Source: the human T2T-CHM13v2.0 reference genome, Homo sapiens
DNA: 64,000 nucleotides
Direction: 5' to 3' (one strand)
NCBI RefSeq assembly: GCF_009914755.1
Contig: NC_060939.1
The translations under genes were made by a program, and so were the position numbers. Under the pieces are notes generated by a model. That model saw only the letters and a program-made list of their open reading frames with translations, had not been told where the DNA came from and did not search any database. Positions 41,201-56,300 of the stretch are shown here, piece after piece. Numbering within the stretch: position 1 is the stretch's first letter; each line of letters begins with the position of its first letter.

Positions 41201-44200
41201 CGTTTCACTCCAGTCCATTAAATTCGAGTACATTCCATTCCATTCTATTCAATGCCATTCCATTCGATTCTATTCCATTCGACACCATTCCTTTCCATTC
41301 CGTTCCATCCGATTCCATTCCATTATATTCCATTCAATTCCATTCCATTGCATTCCATTCGTTTCCATTCCATTCGAATTCATTCCACTCAAGTCCATTC
41401 CATTCGAGTCCATTCCATTCGATATCATTCCATACTATTGCATTCCATTCGATTCCATTGTTTTCGAATAAATTCCAACCGAGACCATTCCTTTCGTGTC
41501 CTTTCTATTTGACTGCATTCCATTTGAGTCCATTAAATTTCTGCACATTCCATTCCTTTCCATTCCATTCCATTCCATTCCTTTCGGTGCCATTCCATTC
41601 CACTCTACTCCATTCAAGTCCATTCCATTTGAGTCCATTCCATTGATTCGATGCCATTACATTCAATTCTATTCCATTCGAATCCATTCCATTCCATTTC
41701 CTTCCAAACGATTCCATTCCATTCTATTACTTTCTATTCCAATCCATTCCATTCCGTTCCATTCGTTTCCATTCCATTCGAGTCCACTCCGTTCCATTCC
41801 ATTCCATTCGATTCCATTCCATTCCAGTCCATTCCATTCAAGTCCATTCCACTCCATTACATTCCATTCGATATCTTTTGATAACACCCCATTCCATTCT
41901 GCTCCTTACAATTCAATTCAATTCCAGTCCATTTGATTCCATTCCATTTGATTACATTCCATTCGACTCCATTCCATTCGACTCTATTCCATTCGAGTCC
42001 ACTCCATTCCATTCCATTGCATTCCGTTCGAATCCCTATTCCATTCCATTTTGTTACTGTCCATTCCATTTGAGTCCATTCCATGCCAAACCATTCCATT
42101 CGATTCCATTCCAATAGATTCCATTGCACTCGAATCCAGTGCGTTCCATTCCATTGCTTTCCATTCTATTACATTCCATTGCATTACATTCCATTCCATT
42201 TGATTGCATTCCATTCAATTCCATTAATTTCGAATCAATTACATTGCAATCCATTGCATTCGAGTTCTATTCCAGTCCATTGCATTCCGGCGCATTCCGT
42301 TCCATTCCATTCCATTCGATTCCGTTCCATTCGAATCGATTGCATTGCAATGCATTACATTCGAGTCCGTTTTATTCCAGTCCAATCCATTCCGGTCCAT
42401 TCCGTTCGATTCCATTCCATTCGATGCCACTCCATACTATTGTATTTCATTCGATTCCATTCTATTCAAATAAATTCCATTCGAGACCATTCCTTTCATG
42501 TCCATTCTATTTGAGTCCATTCCATTCGAGTCCATTATATTTGGGTCCATTCCGTTCAATTGCATTGCAATCCATTCCATTCGATGTCACTCCATTCATT
42601 TCTATTCCATTAGAGTCCATGTCAATCGAGTGCATTCCATTCTATTCTATTCCACTCCATTCCATTCCATTCCACTCCATTCCATTCGTTGCCGTTCCAT
42701 TCAATTCTATTATATTCCACTCCATTTAATTCCATTCCATTCCATTCCATTCCATTCTATCCAATTCCGTTCCATTCTATTCCTTTAAACTCCATTCCAT
42801 TCCATTGCATTCCTTTCCATTCCATTCGAGTAAAGTCCACTCCAGTCCTTTCCATTCGAGTCCATTCCTCTCCAGTCCATTCCGTTCAATCCATTCATTT
42901 CCAGTCCATTCCATTCGAGTCCGTTCCATTCCAGTCCATTCCATTCGAGTCAATTCCATTCCATTCGATATCTTTCCATAACGATCCATTCCATTCTATT
43001 CCTTTCGATTCCATTCAATTCCATTCCATTCTATTTCATTCCATTGGATTCCCTTCCATTGGACTTCTTTCCATTCGAGTGCATTCCATTCCGTTCCATT
43101 TCTTTCTGTTCTGTATGATTCCTACCGTTCGATTTCATTTTGTTCCAGTCTATTCCTTTCAAGTCCATTCCATTCCATTTCACTCCATTCGATTCCATTC
43201 CACTCGATTCCACTCCGTTCCATTTCATTGCATTGCATTCTATTCAATTCTATTGCATTCCATTCCATTCCATTTGATTACATTCCATGCGATTCCATTC
43301 GAATTCGAATCAATTACATTGCAATCCATGACTATTGAGTCCGTTTTATTCCAGTCCACTCCATTCTGGTCCATTCCATTTGATTCCATTCCATTCTATT
43401 CCATTCCGTACAGTTGCATTCCATTGGATTACATTCTATATCTATAAATGCAACTAGAGACCATTGCTTTTGAGTCCATTCTATATGATTCCATTCCATT
43501 CAAGTCCATTACATTTGGTTCAATTCCATTCCATTTCATTCCCTTCCATTCCATTCCATTTGATATCAATCCATTCGATTCCATTCCATTCGAGCACATT
43601 CCATTCGAGTCCATTCCATTCGATGCCATTCCATTTGATTCTATTCCATAAGTCTCCATTCAATTCCATTAATCTCCATTCCATTCCATTCTACTCCAAC
43701 TGATTCCATTCCATTCTATTCCTTTCCATTCCATTCCATTCCATTCTACTCCAACTGATTCCATTCCATTCTATTCCTTTCCATTCCATTCCATTCGCTT
43801 CCATTCCATTCGTGTCCATTCCACTCCAGTCCATTCTGTTCGTGTCCATTCCATTCCAGTCCATTCCATTTGTGTCCACTGCATTCCATTCCACTCCATT
43901 CCATATTATTCCATTACACTCCATTCCATTCTATTACTTTCATTTCCATTCAGTTCCATTCCATTTGATTCCATTCCACTCGGTTTCACTCCATTTGAGT
44001 CCATTCCATTCCATTCCATTCCATTACATTCCATTCCATTCAGTTCCATTCCATTCTGTTCCATTCCATTCCATTCCATTCGTTACCATTCCATATTGTT
44101 CCATTCGATTCCATTCGAATCCATTCCATTCCAGTCCATTCCATTCGAGTCAATTCCATTCCATTCGATATCTTTCCATAACGATCCATTCCATTCTATT

Positions 44201-46900
44201 CCTTTCGATTCCATTCAATTCCATTCCATTCTATTTCATTCCATTCGATTCCCTTCCATTGGTCTCCTTTCCTTTCGAGTGCATTCCATTCCGTTCCATT
44301 TCTTTCTGTTCTGTATGATTCCTACCGTTCGATTTCATATTGTTCCAGTCTATTCCTTTCAAGTCCATTCCATTCCATTTCACTCCATTCGATTCCATTC
44401 CACTCGATTCCACTCCGTTCCATTTCATTGCATTCCATTCTATTCAATTCTATTGCATTCCATTCCATTCCATTTGATTACATTCCATGCGATTCCATTC
44501 GAATTCGAATCAATTACATTGCAATCCATTACTATTTAGTCCGTTTTATTCCAGTCCACTCCATTCTGGTCCATTCCATTTGATTCCATTCCATTCTATT
44601 CCATTCCGTACAGTTGCATTCCATTGGATTCCATTCTATATCTATAAATGCAACTCGAGACCATTGCTTTTGAGTCCATTCTATATGATTCCATTCCATT
44701 CAAGTCCATTACATTTGGTTCAATTCCATTCCATTCCATTCCCTTCCATTCCATTCCATTTGATATCAATCCATTCGATTCCATTCCATTCGAGCACAAT
44801 CCATTCGAGTCCATTCCATTCGATGCCATTCCATTTGATTCTATTCCATAAGTCTCCATTCAATTCCATTAATCTCCATTCCATTCCATTCTACTCCAGC
44901 TGATTCCATTCCATTCTATTCCTTTCCATTCCATTCCATTCCATTCCATTCGCTTCCATTCCATTCGTGTCCATTCCACTCCAGTCCATTCTGTTCGTGT
45001 CCATTCCATTCCAGTCCATTCCATTTGTGTCCACTGCATTCTATTCCACTCCATTCCATATTATTCCATTACACTCCATTCCATTCTATTACTTTCATTT
45101 CCATTCAGTTCCATTCCATTTGATTCCATTCCACTCGGTTTCACTCCACTTGAGTCCATTCCATTCCATTCCATTCCATTCTGTTCCATTCCATTCCATT
45201 CCATTCCATTCCATTCCATTCCATTCGGTACCATTCCATATTGTTCCATTCGATTCCATTCGAATCCATTCCATTCCAGTCCATTCCATTCGATTCCATT
45301 CCATTCCTTTCAATTCCATTCCATTCCATTCCATTCCACTTGATTCCACTCCATTCCCTTCCACTGCATTCCATTCAATTCCATTCCATTGCATTGCATT
45401 CCATTCCATTGGATTGCATTCCATTCGATTCCATTCCATTCGAATCAATTACATAGCAATCCATTACATTCGAGTCTGTTCTATTCCGTTGCACTCGATT
45501 TCGTTCCAATCCATTCGATTCCATTCCATTCGATTCCATTCCATACTATTGCATTCCATTCGATTAAATTATATTCGAAAAAATTCCATTCAAGACCATA
45601 TCTGTTGAGTCCATTCTACTTGAGTCCATTCCCTTTGATTCCATAACATTTGAGTCCATTCAATTCCATTCCTTTCGTTTCCATTCCATTTGATGCCATT
45701 CCATTCAATTCTGTTCTACTCGACTCCAATACATTCAATTCCATTCCATCCGATTCCATTACATTCTTTTCATTTCTTATCCATTTCAAGCCATTCCATT
45801 CCATTCCATTCCACTCGTTTCCTTTCCATTCGAGTCCATTCCACTCCAGTCCATTCCATTCGAATCCATTTCACTCCAGTCCATTCCATTCGAATCCGTT
45901 TCACTCCAGTCCATTAAATTCGAGTACATTCCATTCCATTCTATTCAATGCCATTCCATTCGATTCTATTCCATTCGACACCATTCCTTTCCATTCCGTT
46001 CCATCCGATTCCATTCCATTATATTCCATTCAATTCCATTCCATTGCATTCCATTCGTTTCCATTCCATTCGAATTCATTCCACTCAAGTCCATTCCATT
46101 CGAGTCCATTCCATTCGATATCATTCCATACTATTGCATTCCATTCGATTCCATTGTTTTCGAATAAATTCCAACCGAGACCATTCCTTTCGTGTCCTTT
46201 CTATTTGACTGCATTCCATTTGAGTCCATTAAATTTCTGCACATTCCATTCCTTTCCATTCCATTCCATTCCATTCCTTTCGGTGCCATTCCATTCCACT
46301 CTACTCCATTCAAGTCCATTCCATTTGAGTCCATTCCATTGATTCGATGCCATTACATTCAATTCTATTCCATTCGAATCCATTCCATTCCATTTCCTTC
46401 CAAACGATTCCATTCCATTCTATTACTTTCTATTCCAATCCATTCCATTCCGTTCCATTCGTTTCCATTCCATTCGAGTCCACTCCGTTCCATTCCATTC
46501 CATTCGATTCCATTCCATTCCAGTCCATTCCATTCAAGTCCATTCCACTCCATTACATTCCATTCGATATCTTTTGATAACACCCCATTCCATTCTGCTC
46601 CTTACAATTCAATTCAATTCCAGTCCATTTGATTCCATTCCATTTGATTACATTCCATTCGACTCCATTCCATTCGACTCTATTCCATTCGAGTCCACTC
46701 CATTCCATTCCATTGCATTCCGTTCGAATCCCTATTCCATTCCATTTTGTTACTGTCCATTCCATTTGAGTCCATTCCATGCCAAACCATTCCATTCGAT
46801 TCCATTCCAATAGATTCCATTGCACTCGAATCCAGTGCGTTCCATTCCATTGCTTTCCATTCTATTACATTCCATTGCATTACATTCCATTCCATTTGAT
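23500..46900 (+). repeat. Near-identical 11,687-bp higher-order tandem duplication (3.5 + 3.5 + 4.69 kb); ends approximate
   Basis: Private variants recur at a constant offset of 11687: ORF pairs 24347/36034, 25766/37453 and 29267/40954, GGCC at 26440/38127, attacataac at 29065/40752. The offset becomes 11697 after a 10-bp indel (33953/45650). Confidence 0.9.
29267..33952 (+). repeat. 4686-bp extended unit (3.5 kb unit plus ~1.19 kb repeated segment)
   Basis: agtcaattccattccattcgatatctttccataacg occurs at 31261 and again at 32451. There is an internal 55-bp duplication at 32004/32059, and the KpnI site is mutated to gttacc at 32385. Confidence 0.92.
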
Positions 46901-49900
46901 TGCATTCCATTCAATTCCATTAATTTCGAATCAATTACATTGCAATCCATTGCATTCGAGTTCTATTCCAGTCCATTGCATTCCGGCGCATTCCGTTCCA
47001 TTCCATTCCATTCGATTCCGTTCCATTCGAATCGATTGCATTGCAATGCATTACATTCGAGTCCGTTTTATTCCAGTCCAATCCATTCCGGTCCATTCCG
47101 TTCGATTCCATTCCATTCGATGCCACTCCATACTATTGTATTTCATTCGATTCCATTCTATTCAAATAAATTCCATTCGAGACCATTCCTTTCATGTCCA
47201 TTCTATTTGAGTCCATTCCATTCGAGTCCATTATATTTGGGTCCATTCCGTTCAATTGCATTGCAATCCATTCCATTCGATGTCACTCCATTCATTTCTA
47301 TTCCATTAGAGTCCATGTCAATCGAGTCCATTCCATTCTATTCTATTCCACTCCATTCCATTCCATTCCACTCCATTCCATTCGTTGCCGTTCCATTCAA
47401 TTCTATTATATTCCACTCCATTTAATTCCATTCCATTCCATTCCATTCCATTCTATCCAATTCCGTTCCATTCTATTCCTTTAAACTCCATTCCATTCCA
47501 TTGCATTCCTTTCCATTCCATTCGAGTAAAGTCCACTCCAGTCCTTTCCATTCGAGTCCATTCCTCTCCAGTCCATTCCGTTCAATCCATTCATTTCCAG
47601 TCCATTCCATTCGAGTCCGTTCCATTCCAGTCCATTCCATTCGAGTCAATTCCATTCCATTCGATATCTTTCCATAACGATCCATTCCATTCTATTCCTT
47701 TCGATTCCATTCAATTCCATTCCATTCTATTTCATTCCATTGGATTCCCTTCCATTGGACTTCTTTCCATTCGAGTGCATTCCATTCCGTTCCATTTCTT
47801 TCTGTTCTGTATGATTCCTACCGTTCGATTTCATTTTGTTCCAGTCTATTCCTTTCAAGTCCATTCCATTCCATTTCACTCCATTCGATTCCATTCCACT
47901 CGATTCCACTCCGTTCCATTTCATTGCATTGCATTCTATTCAATTCTATTGCATTCCATTCCATTCCATTTGATTACATTCCATGCGATTCCATTCGAAT
48001 TCGAATCAATTACATTGCAATCCATGACTATTGAGTCCGTTTTATTCCAGTCCACTCCATTCTGGTCCATTCCATTTGACTCCATTCCATTCTATTCCAT
48101 TCCGTACAGTTGCATTCCATTGGATTACATTCTATATCTATAAATGCAACTAGAGACCATTGCTTTTGAGTCCATTCTATATGATTCCATTCCATTCAAG
48201 TCCATTACATTTGGTTCAATTCCATTCCATTCCATTCCCTTCCATTCCATTCCATTTGATATCAATCCATTCGATTCCATTCCATTCGAGCACATTCCAT
48301 TCGAGTCCATTCCATTCGATGCCATTCCATTTGATTCTATTCCATAAGTCTCCATTCAATTCCATTAATCTCCATTCCATTCCATTCTACTCCAACTGAT
48401 TCCATTCCATTCTATTCCTTTCCATTCCATTCCATTCCATTCTACTCCAACTGATTCCATTCCATTCTATTCCTTTCCATTCCATTCCATTCGCTTCCAT
48501 TCCATTCGTGTCCATTCCACTCCAGTCCATTCTGTTCGTGTCCATTCCATTCCAGTCCATTCCATTTGTGTCCACTGCATTCCATTCCACTCCATTCCAT
48601 ATTATTCCATTACACTCCATTCCATTCTATTACTTTCATTTCCATTCAGTTCCATTCCATTTGATTCCATTCCACTCGGTTTCACTCCATTTGAGTCCAT
48701 TCCATTCCATTCCATTCCATTACATTCCATTCCATTCAGTTCCATTCCATTCTGTTCCATTCCATTCCATTCCATTCGTTACCATTCCATATTGTTCCAT
48801 TCGATTCCATTCGAATCCATTCCATTCCAGTCCATTCCATTCGAGTCAATTCCATTCCATTCGATATCTTTCCATAACGATCCATTCCATTCTATTCCTT
48901 TCGATTCCATTCAATTCCATTCCATTCTATTTCATTCCATTCGATTCCCTTCCATTGGACTCCTTTCCTTTCGAGTGCATTCCATTCCGTTCCATTTCTT
49001 TCTGTTCTGTATGATTCCTACCGTTCGATTTCATATTGTTCCAGTCTATTCCTTTCAAGTCCATTCCATTCCATTTCACTCCATTCGATTCCATTCCACT
49101 CGATTCCACTCCGTTCCATTTCATTGCATTCCATTCTATTCAATTCTATTGCATTCCATTCCATTCCATTTGATTACATTCATTGCGATTCCATTCGAAT
49201 TCGAATTAATTACATTGCAATCCATTACTATTGAGTCCGTTTTATTCCAGTCCACTGCATTCTGGTCCATTCCATTTGATTCCATTCCATTCTATTCCAT
49301 TCCGTACAGTTGCATTCCGTTGGATTCCATTCTATATCTATAAATGCAACTCGAGACCATTGCTTTTGAGTCCATTCTATATGATTCCATTCCATTCAAG
49401 TCCATTACATTTGGTTCAATTCCATTCCATTCCATCCCCTTCCATTCCATTCCATTTGATATCAATCCACTCGATTCCATTCCATTCGAGCACATTCCAT
49501 TCGAGTCCATTCCATTTGATTCTATTCCATTAGTCTCCATTCAATTCCATTAATCTCCATTCCAATCCATTCTACTCCAACTGATTCCATTCCATTCTAT
49601 TCCTTTCCATTCCATTTCATTCCATTCCATTCCATTCGCTTCCATTCCATTCGTGTCCATTCCACTCCAGTCCATTCCTTTCGTGTCCATTCCATTCCAG
49701 TCCATTCCATTTGTGTCCACTGCATTCCATTCCACTCCATTCCATATTATTCCATTACACTCCATTGCATTCTATTACTTTCATTTCCATTCAGTGCCAT
49801 TCCATTTGATTCCATTCCACTCGGTTTCACTCCATTTGAGTCCATTCCATTCCATTCCATTCCATTCCATTCCATTCCATTCTGTTCCATTCCATTCCAT

Positions 49901-50335
49901 TCCATTCCATTCGGTACCATTCCATATTGTTCCATTCGATTCCATTCGAATCCATTCCATTCCAGTCCATTCCATTCGATTCCATTCCATTCCTTTCAAT
50001 TCCATTCCATTCCATTCCATTCCACTTGATTCCACTCCATTCCCTTCCACTGCATTCCATTCGATTCCATTCCATTGCATTGCATTCCATTCCATTGGAT
50101 TGCATTCCATTCGATTCCATTCCATTCGAATCAATTACATAGCAATCCATTACATTCGAGTCTGTTCTATTCCGTTGCACTCGATTTCGTTCCAATCCAT
50201 TCGATTCCATTCCATTCGATTCCATTCCATACTATTGCATTCCATTCGATTAAATTATATTCGAATAAATTCCATTCAAGACCATTTCTATTGAGTCCAT
50301 TCTACTTGAGTCCATTCCCTTTGATTCCATAACAT
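40954..50335 (+). repeat. Two tandem 4.69 kb extended units (4696, 4686 bp)
   Basis: Same junction at 44148 and 48844, same 55-bp duplication at 43691/43746 and 48387/48442, and same gttacc variant of the KpnI site. Confidence 0.92.
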
Positions 50336-53300
50336 TTGAGTCCATTCAATTCCATTCCTTTCGTTTCCATTCCATTTGATGCCATTCCATTCAATTCTGT
50401 TCTACTCGACTCCGATACATTCAATTCCATTCCAGCCGATTCCATTACATTCTTTTCATTTCTTATCCATTTCAAGCCATTCCATTCCATTCCACTCGTT
50501 TCCTTTCCATTCGAGTCCATTCCACTCCAGTCCATTCCATTCGAATCCATTTCACTCCAGTCCATTCCATTCGAATCCGTTTCACTCCAGTCCATTAAAT
50601 TCGAGTACATTCCATTCCATTCTATTCAATGCCATTCCATTCGATTCTATTCCATTCGACACCATTCCTTTCCATTCCGTTCCATCCGATTCCATTCCAT
50701 TGTATTCCATTCAATTCCATTCCATTGCATTCCATTCGTTTCCATTCCATTCGAATTCATTCCACTCAAGTCCATTCCATTCGAGTCCATTCCATTCGAT
50801 ATCATTGCATACTATTGCATTCCATTCAATTCCATTGATTTCGAATAAATTCCAACCGAGACCATTCCTTTCGTGTCCTTTCTATTTGACTGCATTCCAT
50901 TTGAGTCCATTAAATTTCTGCACATTCCATTCCTTTCCATTCCATTCCATTCCATTCCTTTCGGTGCCATTCCATTCCACTCTACTCCATTCAAGTCCAT
51001 TCCATTTGAGTCCATTCCATTGATTCGATGCCATTACATTCAATTCTATTCCATTCCAATCCATTCCATTCCATTTCCTTCCAAACGATTCCATTCCATT
51101 CTATTACTTTCTATTCCAATCCATTCCATTCCGTTCCATTCGTTTCCATTCCATTCGAGTCCACTCCATTCCATTCCATTCCATTCGATTCCATTCCATT
51201 CCTGTCCATTCCATTCAAGTCCATTCCACTCCATTCCATTCCATTCGATATCTTTTGATAACACCCCATTCCATTCTGCTCCTTACAATTCAATTCAATT
51301 CCAGTCCATTTGATTCCATTCCATTTGATTACATTCCATTCGACTCCATTCCATTCGACTCTATTCCATTCGAGTCCATTCCATTCCATTCCATTGCATT
51401 CCGTTCGAATCCCTATTCCATTCCATTTTGTTACTGTCCATTCCATTTGAGTCCATTCCATGCCAAACCATTCCATTCGATTCCATTCCAATAGATTCCA
51501 TTGCACTCGAATCCAGTGCGTTCCATTCCATTGCTTTCCATTCTATTACATTCCATTGCATTACATTCCATTCCATTTGATTGCATTCCATTCAATTCCA
51601 TTAATTTCGAATCAATTACATTGCAATCCATTGCATTCGAGTTCTATTCCAGTCCATTGCATTCCGGCGCATGCCGTTCCATTCCATTCCATTCGATTCC
51701 ATTCCATTCGAATCGATTGCATTGCAATGCATTACATTCGAGTCCGTTTTATTCCAGTCCAATCCATTCCGGTCCATTCCGTTCGATTCCATTCCATTCG
51801 ATGCCACTCCATACTATTGTATTTCATTCGATTCCATTCTATTCAAATAAATTCCATTCGAGACCATTCCTTTCATGTCCATTCTATTTGAGTCCATTCC
51901 ATTCGAGTCCATTATATTTGGGTCCATTCCATTCAATTCCATTGCAATCGATTCCATTCGATGTCACTCCATTCATTTCTATTCCATTAGAGTCCATGTC
52001 ATTCGAGTCCATTCCGTTCTATTCTATTCCACTCCATTCCATTCCATTCCACTCCATTCCATTCGTTGCCGTTCCATTCAATTCTATTATATTCCACTCC
52101 ATTTAATTCCATTCCATTCCATTCCATTCCATTCTATCCAATTCCGTTCCATTCTATTCCTTTAAAGTCCATTCCATTCCATTCCATTCGTTTCCATTCG
52201 ATTCGAGTAAAGTCCACTCCAGTCCTTTCCATTCGAGTCCATTCCTCTCCAGTCCATTCAGTTCAATCCATTCCATTCCAGTCCATTCCATTCGAGTCCG
52301 TTCCATTCCAGTCCATTCCATTCGAGTCAATTCCATTCCATTCGATATCTTTCCATAACGATCCATTCCATTCTATTCCTTTCGATTCCATTCAATTCCA
52401 TTCCATTCTATTTCATTCCATTCGATTCCCTTCCATTGGACTCCTTTCCATTCGAGTGCATTCCATTCCGTTCCATTTCTTTCTGTTCTGTATGATTCCT
52501 ACCATTCGATTTCATTTTGTTCCAGTCTATTCCTTTCACGTCCATTCCATTCCATTTCACTCCATTCGATTCCATTCCACTCGATTCCCCTCCGTTCCAT
52601 TTCATTGCATTCCATTCTATTCAATTCTATTGCATTCCATTCCATTCCATTTGATTACATTCCATGCGATTCCATTCGAATTCGAATCAATTACATTGAA
52701 ATCCATTACTATTGAGTCCGTTTTACTCCAGTCCACTCCATTCTGCTCCATTCCATTTGATTCCATTCCATTCTATTCCATTCCGTACAGTTGCATTCCA
52801 TTGGATTCCATTCTATATCTATAAATGCAACTCGAGACCATTGCTTTTGAGTCCATTCTATATGATTCCATTCCATTCATGTCCATTACATTTGGTTCAA
52901 TTCCATTCCATTCCATTCCCTTCCATTCCATTCCATTTGATATCAATACATTCGATTCCATTCCATTCGAGCACATTCCAATCGAGTCCATTCCATTCGA
53001 TGCCATTCCATTTGATTCTATTCCATTAGACTCCATTCAATTCCATTAATCTCCATTCCATTCCATTCTACTCCAACTGATTCCATTCCATTCTATTCCT
53101 TTCCATTCCATTCCATTCCATTCGCTTCTATTCCATTCGTGTCCATTCCACTCCAGTCCATTCCATTCGTGTCCATTCCATTCCAGTCCATTCCATTTGT
53201 GTCCACTGCATTCCATTCCACTCCATTCCATATTATTCCATTACACTCCATTCCATTCTATTACTTTCATTTCCATTCAGTTCCATTCCATTTGATTCCA

Positions 53301-56300
53301 TTCCACTCGGTTTCACTCCATTTGAGTCCATTCCATTCCATTCCATTCCATTCTGTTCCATTCCATTCCATTCCATTCCATTCCATTCCATTCGGTACCA
53401 TTCCATATTGTTCCATTCGATTCCATTCGAATCCATTCCATTCCAGTCCATTCCATTCCTTTCAATTCCATTCCATTCCATTCGATTCCACTTGATTCCA
53501 CTCCATTCCCTTCCACTGCATTCCATTCGATTCCATTCCATTGCATTGCATTCCATTCCTTTGGATTGCATTCCATTCGATTCCATTTCATTCCAATCAA
53601 TTACATAGCAATCCATTACATTCGAGTCTGTTCTATTCCGTTGCACTCGATTTCGTTCCAATCCATTCGATTCCATTCCATTCGATTCCATTCCATACTA
53701 TTGCATTCCATTCGGTTAAATTATATTCGAATAAATTCCATTCAAGACCATTTCTGTTGAGTCCATTCTACTTGAGTCCATTCCCTTTGATTCCATAACA
53801 TTTGAGTCCATTCAATTCCATTCCTTTCGTTTCCATTCCATTTGATGCCATTCCATTCAATTCTGTTCTACTCGACTCCAATACATTCAATTCCATTCCA
53901 TCCGATTCCGTTACATTCTTTTCATTTCTTTTCCATTTCAAGCCATTCCATTCCATTCCATTCCACTCGTTTCCTTTCCATTCGAGTCCATTCCACGCCA
54001 GTCCATTCCATTCGAATCCATTTCACTCCAGTCCATTCCATTCGAATCCGTTTCACTCCAGTCCATTAAATTCGACTACATTCCATTCCATTCTATTCAA
54101 TGCCATTCCATTCGATTCTATTCCATTCGACACCATTCCTTTCCATTCCGTTCCATCCGATTCCATTCCATTGTATTCCATTCAATTCCATTCCATTGCA
54201 TTCCATTCGTTTCCATTCCATTCGACTTCATTCCATTCAACTCCATTCCATTCGAGTCCATTCCATTCGATATCATTCCATACTATTGCATTCCATTCGA
54301 TTCCATTGTTTTCGAATAAATTCCAATCGAGACCATTCCTTTCGTGTCCTTTCTATTTGACTGCATTCCATTTGAGTCCATTAAATTTCTGCACATTCCA
54401 TTCCTTTCCATTCCATTCCATTCCTTTCGGTGCCATTCCATTCCACTCTAATCCATTCAAGTCCATTCCATTTGAGTCCATTCCATTGATTCGATGCCAT
54501 TACATTCAATTCTATTCCATTCGAATCCATTCCATTCCATTTCCTTCCAAACGATTCCATTCCATTCTATTACTTTCTATTCCAATCCATTCCATTCCGT
54601 TCCATTCGTTTCCATTCCATTCGAGTCCACTCCATTCCATTCCATTCCATTCGATTCCATTCCATTCCTGTCCATTCCATTCAAGTCCATTCCACTCCAT
54701 TCCATTCCATTCGATATCTTTTGATAACACCCCATTCCATTCTGCTCCTTACAATTCAATTCAATTCCAGTCCATTTGATTCCATTCCATTTGATTACAT
54801 TCCATTCGACTCCATTCCATTCGACTCTATTCCATTCGAGTCCATTCCATTCCATTCCATTGCATTCCGTTCGAATCCCTATTCCATTCCATTTTGTTAC
54901 TGTCCATTCCATTTGAGTCCATTCCATGCCAAACCATTCCATTCGATTCCATTCCAATAGATTCCATTGCACTCGAATCCAGTGCGTTCCATTCCATTGC
55001 TTTCCATTCTATTACATTCCATTGCATTCCATTCCATTCCATTTGATTGCATTCCATTCAATTCCATTAATTTCGAATCAATTACATTGCAATCCATTGC
55101 ATTCGAGTTCTATTCCAGTCCATTGCATTCTGGCGCATTCCGTTCCATTCCATTCCATTCGATTCCGTTCCATTCGAATCGATTGCATTGCAATGCTTTA
55201 CATTCGAGTCCGTTTTCTTCTAGTCCAATCCATTCCGTTCCATTCCGTTCGATTCCATTCCATTCGATGCCACTCCATACTATTGTATTTCATTCGATTC
55301 CATTCTATTCAAATAAATTCCATTCGAGACCATTCCTTTCGATTCTATTCTATTTGAGTCCATTCCATTCGAGTCCATTATATTTGGGTCCATTCCATTC
55401 AATTCCATTGCCATCGATTCCATTCGATGTCACTCCATTCCTTTCTATTCCATTAGAGTCCATGTCATTCGAGTCCATTCCATTCTATTCTATTCCACTC
55501 CATTCCATTCCATTCCATTCCACTCCATTCCATTCGTTGCCATTCCATTCAATTCTATTATATTCCACTCCATTTAATTCCATTCCATTCCATTCCATTC
55601 TATCCAATTCCGTTCCATTCTATTCCTTTAAAGTCCATTCCATTCCATTCCATTCGTTTCCATTCCATTCGAGTAAAGTCCACTCCAGTCCTTTCCATTC
55701 GAGTCCATTCCTCTCCAGTCCATTCAGTTCAATTCATTCCATTCCAGTCCATTCCATTCGAGTCCGTTCCATTCCAGTCCATTCCATTCGAGTCAATTCC
55801 ATTCCATTCGATATCTTTCCATAACGATCCATTCCGTTCTATTCCTTTCGATTCCATTCAATTCCATTCCATTCTATTTGATTCCATTCGATTCCCTTCC
55901 ATTGGACTCCTTTCCATTCGAGTGCATTCCATTCCGTTCCATTTCTTTCTGTTCTGTATGATTCCTACCATTCGATTTCATTTTGTTCCAGTCTATTCCT
56001 TTCACGTCCATTCCATTCCATTTCACTCCATTCGATTCCATTCCACTCGATTCCCCTTGGTTCCATTTCATTGCACTCCATTCTATTCAATTCTATTGCA
56101 TTCCGTTCCATTCCATTTGATTACATTCCATGCGATTACATTCGAATTCGAATCAATTACATTGAAATCCATTACTATTGAGTCCGTTTTACTCCAGTCC
56201 ACTCCATTCTGCTCCATTCCATTTGATTCCATTCCATTCTATTCCATTCCGTACAGTTGCATTCCATTGGATTCCATTCTATATCTATAAATGCAACTCG

